DNA of 26,396 nucleotides, taken from NCBI GenBank assembly GCA_045803465.1, contig JBJMOZ010000213.1, forward strand, positions 1 to 26,396, given 5' to 3'. Every line of letters starts with the position of its first letter. The stretch's first letter is position 1. The translations under genes were made by a program, and so were the position numbers. Positions 15,832 through 23,642 of the stretch are shown one piece after another. A model generated the notes under the pieces. The model ran no database searches, had not been told where the DNA came from, and worked only from the letters and a program-made list of their open reading frames with translations. The stretch is from Gemmatimonadales bacterium (GTDB lineage Bacteria; Gemmatimonadota; Gemmatimonadetes; Gemmatimonadales; GWC2-71-9).

Positions 15832-16716
15832 ATGCGCCTCACGCCTGTCGAGGCGCACCTGATCTGCCTCGCGCTCGTCGTCGTCGACATGCTCGGGCGC
15901 ACGCTCCGGTTGCAGTACCTGGTGCACGGCTGTGGCCATCGCCTGGGCTTCCGCGACAGCCTGATGAGCAATCTCTTCGCCGAGGCGGGGGCCACGCTCA
16001 CGCCTTTGCGCGTGGGCGGGGAGCCGGCGCGGCTGGCCGGCATGCTGGCGTCCGGGGTTCCCGCCACCGCGTCGTTCGTGGCCATCGCATTCGAGGTCAT
16101 CACGGCGTGGCCCGCGATGATCGTGGTGGCCGCCTGGGTCTTCGGCCGCTACGCTCCCGAGTGGTGGAGCAATGCCGGCATGCACGTCGGCGCCACGCTG
16201 CGCGAACAATGGCCATGGGCGATCGCCGTCGTGCTGTTGAGCGCGGTGGCGTGGTGGTTCGGGCGGCGCCTCGCGCGCGTGGCGCCGCACCGCCTGCAGC
16301 GGCCGATGCGGCGCATCATGGTCTATTGGCGCCGCATGCCGTGGTGGCCGCTCGCCGCAAGCTTCGCGTTCTCGATCGTGAACGTGCTGACCCGACTCGC
16401 GCTGCTGCCGGTGCTGGCGCTCTCGCTTCCCACGGCGCCATCGCTTCCGACGCTGCTGGTGGGATCGTTCGTGCTCATCTACGGCCAGATGATCCTGCCC
16501 ACGCCCGCCGGCGCCGGCGCGGTGGAACTGGGCTTCTTCGCGGGCGCCGCCGGTGACCTGGGCGGCGGCGGCAGTTGGCTGCTGCTGATGTGGCGGGTCT
16601 ACTCGAGTGGACTGGGCACGGCGGCGGGTGTGGCGTGGGCGGTGCGCGCGTACGGCTGGCCCGCGTTGCGGCGCTTCGGCGCGCGAATCCTGGGCGCGCC
16701 GGCGGGGCCGGGCTGA
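15832..16716 (+). CDS. Lysylphosphatidylglycerol-synthase TM domain / flippase-like membrane protein, 294 aa
   Basis: Multi-pass hydrophobic protein with TP.RVGGEPAR, PTPAGAGAVE and WRVYS motifs of the LPG_synthase_TM (UPF0104) family. Confidence 0.8.
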   Translation: MRLTPVEAHLICLALVVVDMLGRTLRLQYLVHGCGHRLGFRDSLMSNLFAEAGATLTPLRVGGEPARLAGMLASGVPATASFVAIAFEVITAWPAMIVVAAWVFGRYAPEWWSNAGMHVGATLREQWPWAIAVVLLSAVAWWFGRRLARVAPHRLQRPMRRIMVYWRRMPWWPLAASFAFSIVNVLTRLALLPVLALSLPTAPSLPTLLVGSFVLIYGQMILPTPAGAGAVELGFFAGAAGDLGGGGSWLLLMWRVYSSGLGTAAGVAWAVRAYGWPALRRFGARILGAPAGPG

Positions 16717-16717
16717 C

Positions 16718-17044
16718 TCAGCGCCCCGGCGGCGGGGCGATGGCCACGAGCATCACGGTGCGCTCGAGCGCCTCGTCGACGCCGTGCGGCACGTCGGCCG
16801 GCGCCCAGACCACGGTGCCGGCCTCGGCGATGCGCGTCTCGCTGCCCACGGTCATCCTCGCCTTTCCCGAGATGAGGAAGTAGAATTTGTCCGCACCGGC
16901 GTGCGTGTGCGCGTGCTGCGACTGCCCGGGCTCGAAGCAGTTCAGTCCCACGAACAGCTGCTTGCCGCGCGCCAGGTCGGCCTTGGATGCCTTCGCCGCG
17001 TCGAAGCGCGTCGCCTCGCCGGCCGATACGAAGAATTCGCTCAT
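16718..17044 (-). CDS. Cupin-domain protein, 108 aa
   Basis: ATG at 17044 (-) with SD GAGGGGAG. Contains FEPGQSQHAHTH...KFYFLISG and VVWAPADVPHGV cupin motifs. Confidence 0.88.
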   Translation of the reverse strand: MSEFFVSAGEATRFDAAKASKADLARGKQLFVGLNCFEPGQSQHAHTHAGADKFYFLISGKARMTVGSETRIAEAGTVVWAPADVPHGVDEALERTVMLVAIAPPPGR

Positions 17045-17086
17045 GTCTCCCCTCGTTTCCCGACTCTCGATCCCCACGTCGCCCTC

Positions 17087-18505
17087 ATGACCACCCGCAT
17101 CGAGAAGGACCCCCTCGGCGAGAAGCCCGTCCCCGCGGATGCGCTCTACGGCATCCAGACGTTGCGCGCCGCCGAGAACTTTCCCATCTCCGGGCTCCGG
17201 CCGCTGCCCCAATTCGTCGATGCGGTGATCTGGATCAAGCGCTCGGCCGCACGCACGCACAAGGAGACCGGGCGCCTCGAGCCGCGCCTCGCCGACGCGA
17301 TCGTGCAGGCGGCCGACGAGATTCTCGGTGGAAAGCATCGCGACCAGTTCATCGTGGACGTGTATCAGGCGGGCGCCGGCACGAGCCACAACATGAACGT
17401 AAACGAGGTCCTCGCGAACCGGGCCAACGAACTCCTGGGCGGCGCGCGTGGCACGTATGCGCCGGTGCACCCGAACGATCACGTCAACATGGCGCAGAGC
17501 ACGAACGACGTGATCCCCACCGCCATGCGCCTCGCCACGCTCGCGGCGCTGCCCGCGTTCCTCGCGTCGCTCGATCGCCTCGCCGACAGCCTGCTCGCCA
17601 AGGGACGGCAGTTCGACCACGTCATGAAGTCGGGCCGCACGCACCTGCAGGACGCCACGCCCATCCGGCTGGGCCAGGAGTTCACCGCCTACGGCCGCAC
17701 GGTCGCGCGCCACCGCGAAAAGCTCGCCCACGCCGCCGGATGGCTGCGCGAGATGGGCATCGGCGGAACGGCCGTGGGCACCGGACTGAACGCGGAGGTG
17801 CAGTATCCCGAGCTGATGGTGAAGCACCTCGCGGAGGTCAGCCATCTCGAGCTGCGCGTCGGCGAGGACCGCATCCAGCTCATGCAGTCGATGGGCGACA
17901 TCGCAACCTTCTCGGGGGCCTTCCGGGCCTACGTCCTCGACCTCGCGAAGATCGCCAACGACATCCGCCTCATGGCGTCGGGTCCGCGCACGGGGCTCGC
18001 CGAGATCCTGCTGCCGGCCGTGCAGCCGGGGTCGAGCATCATGCCGGGCAAGGTGAACCCGTCCATCGCGGAGATGGTCAACCAGGTCTGCTTCCAGGCG
18101 CTGGGGCTCGACACCACGGTGGCGCTGGCCGCCGAGGCGGGTCAGCTCGAGCTGAACGTGATGATGCCCGTCATCACCCACAACATCGTGTTCGGGCTGA
18201 TCATCGTCGGCAACGCGAGCCGCGTCTTCGCCGACAAGTGCATCGACGGCATCGAGGCCGACGAGAAGCAGTGCCTCTACTGGCTGGAGCGAAGCCCGGC
18301 GCTGGTGACGGCCTTGGCGCCGAAGATCGGGTACGCGGAGTCGGCCAAGCTGTCCAAGGAGGCCATCGCCACCGGGCTCACGGTCAAGGAACTGGTGGTG
18401 AAGAAGAAGTTGCTCGAGGGCGCCGAGCTCGAGGACACGCTCGACCTGCGGGCGATGACCGAGCTGGGCGTGCCGGGCGGGCACGGCTTGCCCGGCGGCG
18501 GTTGA
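17087..18505 (+). CDS. Aspartate ammonia-lyase / class II fumarate hydratase family lyase, 472 aa
   Basis: Signature GSSIMPGKVN, plus GRTHLQDA, HPNDHVN..QSTND and RIEKDPLG. Motifs are mixed: GAGTS is AspA-like, while GGTAVGTG and DATP are FumC-like, so no symbol is given. Confidence 0.9.
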   Translation: MTTRIEKDPLGEKPVPADALYGIQTLRAAENFPISGLRPLPQFVDAVIWIKRSAARTHKETGRLEPRLADAIVQAADEILGGKHRDQFIVDVYQAGAGTSHNMNVNEVLANRANELLGGARGTYAPVHPNDHVNMAQSTNDVIPTAMRLATLAALPAFLASLDRLADSLLAKGRQFDHVMKSGRTHLQDATPIRLGQEFTAYGRTVARHREKLAHAAGWLREMGIGGTAVGTGLNAEVQYPELMVKHLAEVSHLELRVGEDRIQLMQSMGDIATFSGAFRAYVLDLAKIANDIRLMASGPRTGLAEILLPAVQPGSSIMPGKVNPSIAEMVNQVCFQALGLDTTVALAAEAGQLELNVMMPVITHNIVFGLIIVGNASRVFADKCIDGIEADEKQCLYWLERSPALVTALAPKIGYAESAKLSKEAIATGLTVKELVVKKKLLEGAELEDTLDLRAMTELGVPGGHGLPGGG

Positions 18506-18568
18506 TGAAGGGATGATGTGGGTGGAGCGAAGAAGCCCTCATCGGCCCCGGCGGCCGTAATTGCCATC

Positions 18569-18597
18569 TTGAGGGTTCGGGGCCGTTGTCGCATAAT
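18569..18597 (+). promoter_or_regulatory. Sigma70-type promoter for the Rrf2 gene (leaderless geometry)
   Basis: TTGAGG(18569-74)-N17-CATAAT(18592-97)-N6-ATG(18604). Confidence 0.7.
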
Positions 18598-18603
18598 TGG
18601 CCC

Positions 18604-19074
18604 ATGCGCGTAACGACATGGACGGAATACTCCCTGATCATCACCCTGCACCTGGCGCGGCGTGGCCGCTCGGGTACGGGACCCATGGCGGCCCGCGAGC
18701 TGGCCGACTCGGAACGCCTGCCGCCCGACTACGTCGAGCAGATCCTGCTGCGCCTGCGGCGAGCCGGGCTGGTCGAGAGCGTGCGTGGCGCCAAGGGCGG
18801 TTACTTCCTCGCGCGCCCGCCTGTGGAGATCTCGGTGCGGGACGTCATGGCGGCATCCGAGCACCAGACGTTCGAGGTCAACTGCGACGCGCATCCGGTC
18901 AACGAGGAACGCTGTCATCCCGACTCGACCTGCTCGATCCGTCCCGTCTGGTACGCGCTTCAGAACCGGGTCGACGAATTCCTCGCCAGCATATCGCTCG
19001 CGGACCTGCTGCAGGATGCGACGAAGGTGCAGGAACTCGTGACGCTCTCGTCGTCGAGCACACCCGCCGCCTGA
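18604..19074 (+). CDS. Rrf2 family transcriptional regulator (IscR-like, 3 Cys), 156 aa
   Basis: MRVTTWTEYSL, YVEQILLRLRRAGLVESVRGAKGGY and C-x9-C-x5-C near the C-terminus. Confidence 0.92.
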   Translation: MRVTTWTEYSLIITLHLARRGRSGTGPMAARELADSERLPPDYVEQILLRLRRAGLVESVRGAKGGYFLARPPVEISVRDVMAASEHQTFEVNCDAHPVNEERCHPDSTCSIRPVWYALQNRVDEFLASISLADLLQDATKVQELVTLSSSSTPAA

Positions 19075-19111
19075 CCGGGCACGGCCGCACCGCGCCCGAC
19101 CGCACATCGAC

Positions 19112-20269
19112 GTGACCGACAGCCTGAACAATCTCCCCGAGCTCGACGCCGCCGAGGCGATGCGCTACGCTCGCCACCTGACGTTGCCCGACGTCGGCGT
19201 GGCGGGGCAGCGCCGACTCAAGGCGGCACGCGTGCTGCTCATCGGGGCTGGTGGCCTGGGCTCGCCGGCGGCGATGTATCTCGCAGCGGCGGGCGTCGGC
19301 ACCCTCGGCATCGTCGACCACGACGTGGTGGACCTGACCAACCTGCAGCGGCAGATCCTGCACGGCACCGCGTACGTGGGCCAGCGGAAGGTCGTGTCGG
19401 CGGCGGATCGGCTCGACGACCTGAATCCCAACGTGCGCGTGGTGCCGATCGATCAGCGCCTGTCGTCGGCGAACGCCCGGGAGATCGTCCGCGACTACGA
19501 CATCGTCGTCGACGGCAGCGACAATTTCCCCACGCGCTATCTCGTCAACGATGCCTGCGTGCTCGAGGGCAAGCCGCTGGTGTACGGCAGCATCTTCCGC
19601 TTCGACGGTCAGGTGTCGCTGTTCCACCCGCCGGCAGGACCGTGCTACCGCTGCCTCTTCGCCGAGCCGCCAGCGCCGGACGCCGTGCCGAGTTGCGCCG
19701 AGGGCGGTGTGCTGGGCGTGTTGCCTGGTATCGTCGGAAGCCTGCAGGCGCTCGAGGCCATCAAGTGGATCGTCGGCGCAGGTGAATCGTTGCTCGGACG
19801 TCTGCTGTTGTTCGACGCGCTCAAGGTACGCTTTCGCGAGATCGCGCTGCGACGGGATCCCGCATGTCCGGTGTGCGGCGACGCGCCGAGCATTACCGAG
19901 CTGATCGACTACGAGGCGTTCTGCGGCCTCACGCCAGCCGAGGGTCCCACCGAGCTCGAGACCAGCGTCGCCGCATTGCATCGTCGGCAAGCCGACGGCG
20001 ACACGCCCGTCCTGCTCGACGTGCGCGAGCCCTGGGAGCACCGCATCGCGCACCTCGACGGAGCGGTGCTCATTCCGCTGGGCCAGCTCGCCCAGCGCAT
20101 TCGTGAGCTGCCACCTCGCGCCGAGATCGTGGCCTACTGTCATCACGGGGCTCGCAGCCTGAGCGCCGCCCGACTCCTGCGCGCCGCCGGCTTCTCCACC
20201 GCGACCAGCCTCGCCGGCGGCATCGATGCCTGGGCGCGGGAAGTGGAGCCGGAGATGGCGAAGTATTGA
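19112..20269 (+). CDS. moeB: MoeB/MoeZ-type sulfur-carrier adenylyltransferase with C-terminal rhodanese domain
   Basis: RYARHL, GAGGLG, DVVDLTNLQRQ, Zn-binding CYRC and CPVC, PSCAEGGVLG, and rhodanese YCHHGARS. Confidence 0.92.
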   Translation: MTDSLNNLPELDAAEAMRYARHLTLPDVGVAGQRRLKAARVLLIGAGGLGSPAAMYLAAAGVGTLGIVDHDVVDLTNLQRQILHGTAYVGQRKVVSAADRLDDLNPNVRVVPIDQRLSSANAREIVRDYDIVVDGSDNFPTRYLVNDACVLEGKPLVYGSIFRFDGQVSLFHPPAGPCYRCLFAEPPAPDAVPSCAEGGVLGVLPGIVGSLQALEAIKWIVGAGESLLGRLLLFDALKVRFREIALRRDPACPVCGDAPSITELIDYEAFCGLTPAEGPTELETSVAALHRRQADGDTPVLLDVREPWEHRIAHLDGAVLIPLGQLAQRIRELPPRAEIVAYCHHGARSLSAARLLRAAGFSTATSLAGGIDAWAREVEPEMAKY

Positions 20270-20287
20270 GGAGCGCGGAAATGCCAG

Positions 20288-20322
20288 GCGGGGTCGGGAT
20301 CTCATCGAGCTCCCGACCCCGC
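20288..20322. terminator. Strong hairpin between convergent moeB and tRNA-Leu (likely bidirectional terminator or processing stem)
   Basis: GCGGGGTCGGGA(20288-99)...TCCCGACCCCGC(20311-22) perfect 12-bp inverted repeat. No U-tract. Confidence 0.6.
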
Positions 20323-20348
20323 GCGTGCATCGTTGGCCTTGCCTGTAG

Positions 20349-20432
20349 TGCCGAAGGGGGGACTCGAACCCCCACGGGCTATCGCCCACTGCGCCCTGAA
20401 CGCAGCGCGTCTACCAATTCCACCACTTCGGC
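20349..20432 (-). tRNA. tRNA-Leu (anticodon CAG)
   Basis: Reverse complement GCCGAAG TGGTGGAATTGGTAGAC GCG CTGCG-TTCAGGG-CGCAG, a long variable arm, GGGGG-TTCGAGT-CCCCC, then CTTCGGC A. CCA is not encoded (CTA follows). Confidence 0.96.
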
Positions 20433-20442
20433 GAAGGGCGTA

Positions 20443-20471
20443 AAGGTATCGACCACCTCAGGTGCGGGCAA
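20443..20471 (-). promoter_or_regulatory. Sigma70-type promoter for tRNA-Leu
   Basis: Minus strand TTGCCC(20471-66)-N17-TACCTT(20448-43), 10 nt upstream of the mature 5' end. Confidence 0.65.
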
Positions 20472-20480
20472 GGCGTTTGG

Positions 20481-20509
20481 TTGACCCGGCCCAAGTGCAT
20501 TTCTATCCT
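20481..20509 (+). promoter_or_regulatory. Sigma70-type promoter for smpB
   Basis: TTGACC(20481-86)-N17-TATCCT(20504-09), 9 nt before the ATG at 20519. Confidence 0.75.
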
Positions 20510-20518
20510 TCGCTTACG

Positions 20519-21007
20519 ATGGCTCGCACTTCCACCGACGACGATGGGGACGGCACGCAGGTCGTGGCCCGCAACCCCAAGGCAACACACGACTACCACA
20601 TCCTCGAGACGTGGGTGGCGGGCCTCGTGCTGACGGGCACCGTGGTGAAGTCGCTGCGTTCGGGAAAGGCCTCCATCAAGGAGGCCTACGCCCACGTCCG
20701 CAACGGCGAGGCCTGGGTCGAGGGCGTGAACATCACCCCCTACGAGCAGGGCAATCGCTACAATCACGATCCGGTGCGGTCGCGAAAGCTCCTGCTGCAT
20801 CGCGGCGAGATCGAACGGCTGATCGGGGCCACCGAGCAGAAGGGACTGACGCTCGTCCCACTCGAGCTGCGCTTCCGCCGCGGACGCGCCAAGCTCGTCA
20901 TCGGGCTGGGCCGCGGCAAGAAGCAGCACGACCGACGCGAGGACATCAAGAAGCGCGACGCCGATCGCGAGATTGCGCGCGCGCTTTCCGCGAGGCATCG
21001 CCAGTGA
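20519..21007 (+). CDS. smpB: SsrA-binding protein SmpB, 162 aa
   Basis: N.KA.HDY.I, VKSLR.GK, RKLLLHR.EI and GRGKKQHDRREDIK.RD tail. Confidence 0.96.
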   Translation: MARTSTDDDGDGTQVVARNPKATHDYHILETWVAGLVLTGTVVKSLRSGKASIKEAYAHVRNGEAWVEGVNITPYEQGNRYNHDPVRSRKLLLHRGEIERLIGATEQKGLTLVPLELRFRRGRAKLVIGLGRGKKQHDRREDIKKRDADREIARALSARHRQ

Positions 21008-22209
21008 CGGGACTCCTGGCCCTGCTGGCGCTGCTCGCCGCGCCGGGCACCGTCACGGTGGCCAGTGTGCGCGGAGAGCAGCGGCTGCCCGTGCGTGTCA
21101 TCGGCGAGACGCCGGTCGTCTCCGCCAGGGCGCTGGTCACTGCGCTCGGCGGTACGCTGCGGCGGCAGGAGGAATGGCTGGACGTCTTTCTCGCCCGCCA
21201 GCAGGTGCGGTTCCTCGTGGGAGCCCCGTTCCTCGTGGCCAACGAGCGCGCCGAGCCGCTGGTGACGTCGGTCCTGTTCGAGGGCGATTCCGTGTACCTG
21301 CCGTTCCAGGTCATCGCCGAGGTGCTGCCACGACTGTTCCGCGACCGCTACCGCTACGAGGCGGATCGCCAGCGCTTCATCGATGCGGGCTGGCAACTGG
21401 TGAAGGGCGCCGGCAAGGCGGCCCCCGTCGACAACACCGCGGCCGTCGACGGCGACGATCGCCTGCCCAGCGGGCTTCGGCGTGGCCACCAGGTCACCAT
21501 CGATCCCGGACACGGCGGCGAGGACCCCGGCAACCCGGGTCAGTTCTTCCCGCGCGGCCTGCGTGAGAAGGACGTGACGCTGCAGGTGGGCGTGCTGCTC
21601 CGTGAGGAGCTCAAGTCCCGCGGCGTGGGCGCGCGGATGACGCGCGCGAAGGACACCCTCATCGCGCTCGGCGATCGCGGCCGCTACTGCGCGAAGAACT
21701 GCGACCTGTTCGTGAGCCTGCACGTCAACTCGCTGCCGCGACGGTCGGGCTACACCGAGGTGCGCGGGTTCGAGACCTACTTCCTCGCCGAGGCGAAGAC
21801 CGAGGATGCCGAGCGCGTGGCACGGATGGAGAACGACGCCGTGCGCTTCGAGACCGAAGCCGAGGCCGGCGCGTCCGAGCACGGCCTCGACTTCATCCTC
21901 AAGGACCTGGCGAGCAACGAGTACCTGCGTGAATCGGCGCGGCTCGCCGAGCTGGTCCAGGACAATCTTGGCAAGGTGCACGATGGCGGGGATCGCGGCG
22001 TGAAGCAGGCCGGTTTCATGGTGCTCACGACGGCGCGCCGGCCCGCGGTGCTCGTCGAGCTGGGTTACAGCACCAACCGCGCGGACGCGCGCGTGCTCAC
22101 CGACCGGGCATCGCAGCGACGACTTGCGGCACGGATCGCCGACGCCGTGGTGGCGTACCTGCGCGAATACGAACGCAAGACCGGCGGCAGGCCGGCGGAG
22201 GGCGGCTGA
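21004..22209 (+). CDS. N-acetylmuramoyl-L-alanine amidase (Amidase_3), secreted, 401 aa
   Basis: Signal-like N-terminus, with Zn motifs IDPGHGG, REKDVTL, SLHVN and LVELGY. GTGA overlap with smpB. Confidence 0.9.
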   Translation: MTGLLALLALLAAPGTVTVASVRGEQRLPVRVIGETPVVSARALVTALGGTLRRQEEWLDVFLARQQVRFLVGAPFLVANERAEPLVTSVLFEGDSVYLPFQVIAEVLPRLFRDRYRYEADRQRFIDAGWQLVKGAGKAAPVDNTAAVDGDDRLPSGLRRGHQVTIDPGHGGEDPGNPGQFFPRGLREKDVTLQVGVLLREELKSRGVGARMTRAKDTLIALGDRGRYCAKNCDLFVSLHVNSLPRRSGYTEVRGFETYFLAEAKTEDAERVARMENDAVRFETEAEAGASEHGLDFILKDLASNEYLRESARLAELVQDNLGKVHDGGDRGVKQAGFMVLTTARRPAVLVELGYSTNRADARVLTDRASQRRLAARIADAVVAYLREYERKTGGRPAEGG

Positions 22210-23642
22210 TGCGACGCTGGCTTCCCGGCCTCCTGCTGCTGGCCGGCTGCGGCTACTACAGCGGCTACAACGGCATCTACACCGCCAACAAGTTCGCGAA
22301 CCAGGCCCGCCAATCGGCGGAGGCCGGCCGGCCGGGCGAGGCGCAGAACCTCTGGGGCCAGGCTGCGGTGAAGGCCGAGTCGCTGCTCGCGCGGCAGCCG
22401 CGCGGCAAGTGGCGGCATGATGCGCTCGCCATCCGCGGCGAGGCACTCTCCTCGCTCGGCCGCTGCAGCGAAGCGTCGACCTACCTGCGCGAGGCGCAGG
22501 AACACCTCACCGACCGGACCGCGCGTGAATACGCCGCCCTGGCACTCGGCCGGTGCGAGCTCGCACTGGGCCAGCCCACGGCCGCCCTCGTCACCCAGGA
22601 ACCGATCGAGTCGAGCAAGGACGAATACCGTCGTGACGAGGCGCACCACCTGCGAGGACGCGCGCTCGTGCTCACGGGGGATTACGACGCGGCGCTCGCG
22701 GACCTGCTCGATGCAGGCGCGGACCCCACCTCCCCCGAGGTGCTCGGAGCATTCGCCGGACTGGGTCGCACGGAGGACGTGCACGCATCGATCGATGCCC
22801 TGATCCAGCGACACGACAGTTCCCAGCGCTGGGATTCCGTGCTCACCGTGATCGGCCAAAGGAACCCGACGCTGGGGTCGGAGGTGCTCGAACAGATCCG
22901 CACCGCGAACGCCGTGCGGGCGGGTGATCTACCTGCGCTCCTTGGCGCCGACGCGGCACGCCTCTCCGGGCCGGCACGCGATCGCCGTCTCGAGGAGCTC
23001 GTGCTGCTGGCGCCCCAAAGCGACGCGGGCGACGCGGCGCACCTGGAGCTCACCCGTCGCCGGTTGCGCGGCGTGCAGTCGCCGGCCGAGCTGCAGGTGC
23101 TTGCCGATTCGCTCGTGGCGATCGCGGGCAAGGGGCTCGGGTCGTCGACCATGGCCGAGCAGCTTGCGCAGCGGGCAGGGGCGGTGGCCCGTGTCGCCGA
23201 TTCGGTGACGGCCGGTGCGCCGCAAGGCGACCTGCGGCTCTTCCTCGCCGCGGAGTCGGCGCGCGATTCCCTGGGCGCGAGTGCGCTGGCGATGTCGCTG
23301 TTCCAGCGCGTGGTCGTCGAATGGCCCGACGGTGCCTACGCGCCGAAGGCCCTGCTGGCCGGCCGGCAACTCGATCCGGCGTGGGCGGAGCAGACCGATT
23401 CGCTGCTCGTGGGCCGCTACGCCGAAAGCCCCTACGTATTGGCGGCACGCGGCGGCGACCGCTCCGCGTTGCTGCAGCTGGAGGACTCGCTGGCGGCGTT
23501 CGAGCGCCTGATGCTCGGCAAGCCCGCCGCAGAAGCGCGCCCGGCGCGCGCGCGGCCGCGCGTCTCCACGCCGGGTGCCGACGACGCAGCCGCGAAGCGC
23601 ACCGCACCGGGCCGGAGCACGAAGCTGGAGGACGTCCGGTGA
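22209..23642 (+). CDS. Hypothetical TPR-like lipoprotein, 477 aa
   Basis: Lipobox MRRWLPGLLLLAG-C and helical Ala/Leu-rich repeats (e.g. LFQRVVVEWPDGAYAPKALL). TGATG overlap with the amidase. Confidence 0.75.
   Translation: MRRWLPGLLLLAGCGYYSGYNGIYTANKFANQARQSAEAGRPGEAQNLWGQAAVKAESLLARQPRGKWRHDALAIRGEALSSLGRCSEASTYLREAQEHLTDRTAREYAALALGRCELALGQPTAALVTQEPIESSKDEYRRDEAHHLRGRALVLTGDYDAALADLLDAGADPTSPEVLGAFAGLGRTEDVHASIDALIQRHDSSQRWDSVLTVIGQRNPTLGSEVLEQIRTANAVRAGDLPALLGADAARLSGPARDRRLEELVLLAPQSDAGDAAHLELTRRRLRGVQSPAELQVLADSLVAIAGKGLGSSTMAEQLAQRAGAVARVADSVTAGAPQGDLRLFLAAESARDSLGASALAMSLFQRVVVEWPDGAYAPKALLAGRQLDPAWAEQTDSLLVGRYAESPYVLAARGGDRSALLQLEDSLAAFERLMLGKPAAEARPARARPRVSTPGADDAAAKRTAPGRSTKLEDVR

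Noticed and set aside
20270-20348. Integrated element at the tRNA-Leu 3' end
   Set aside because: No integrase, no duplicated tRNA 3' fragment, no compositional shift. The flanking genes are housekeeping.
20346-20348. tRNA ends in CTA rather than CCA
   Set aside because: Non-encoded CCA is common and is added by the CCA-adding enzyme.
20433-21010. tmRNA (ssrA) gene near smpB
   Set aside because: No GGGG...CCACCA tRNA-like ends and no intergenic space large enough.
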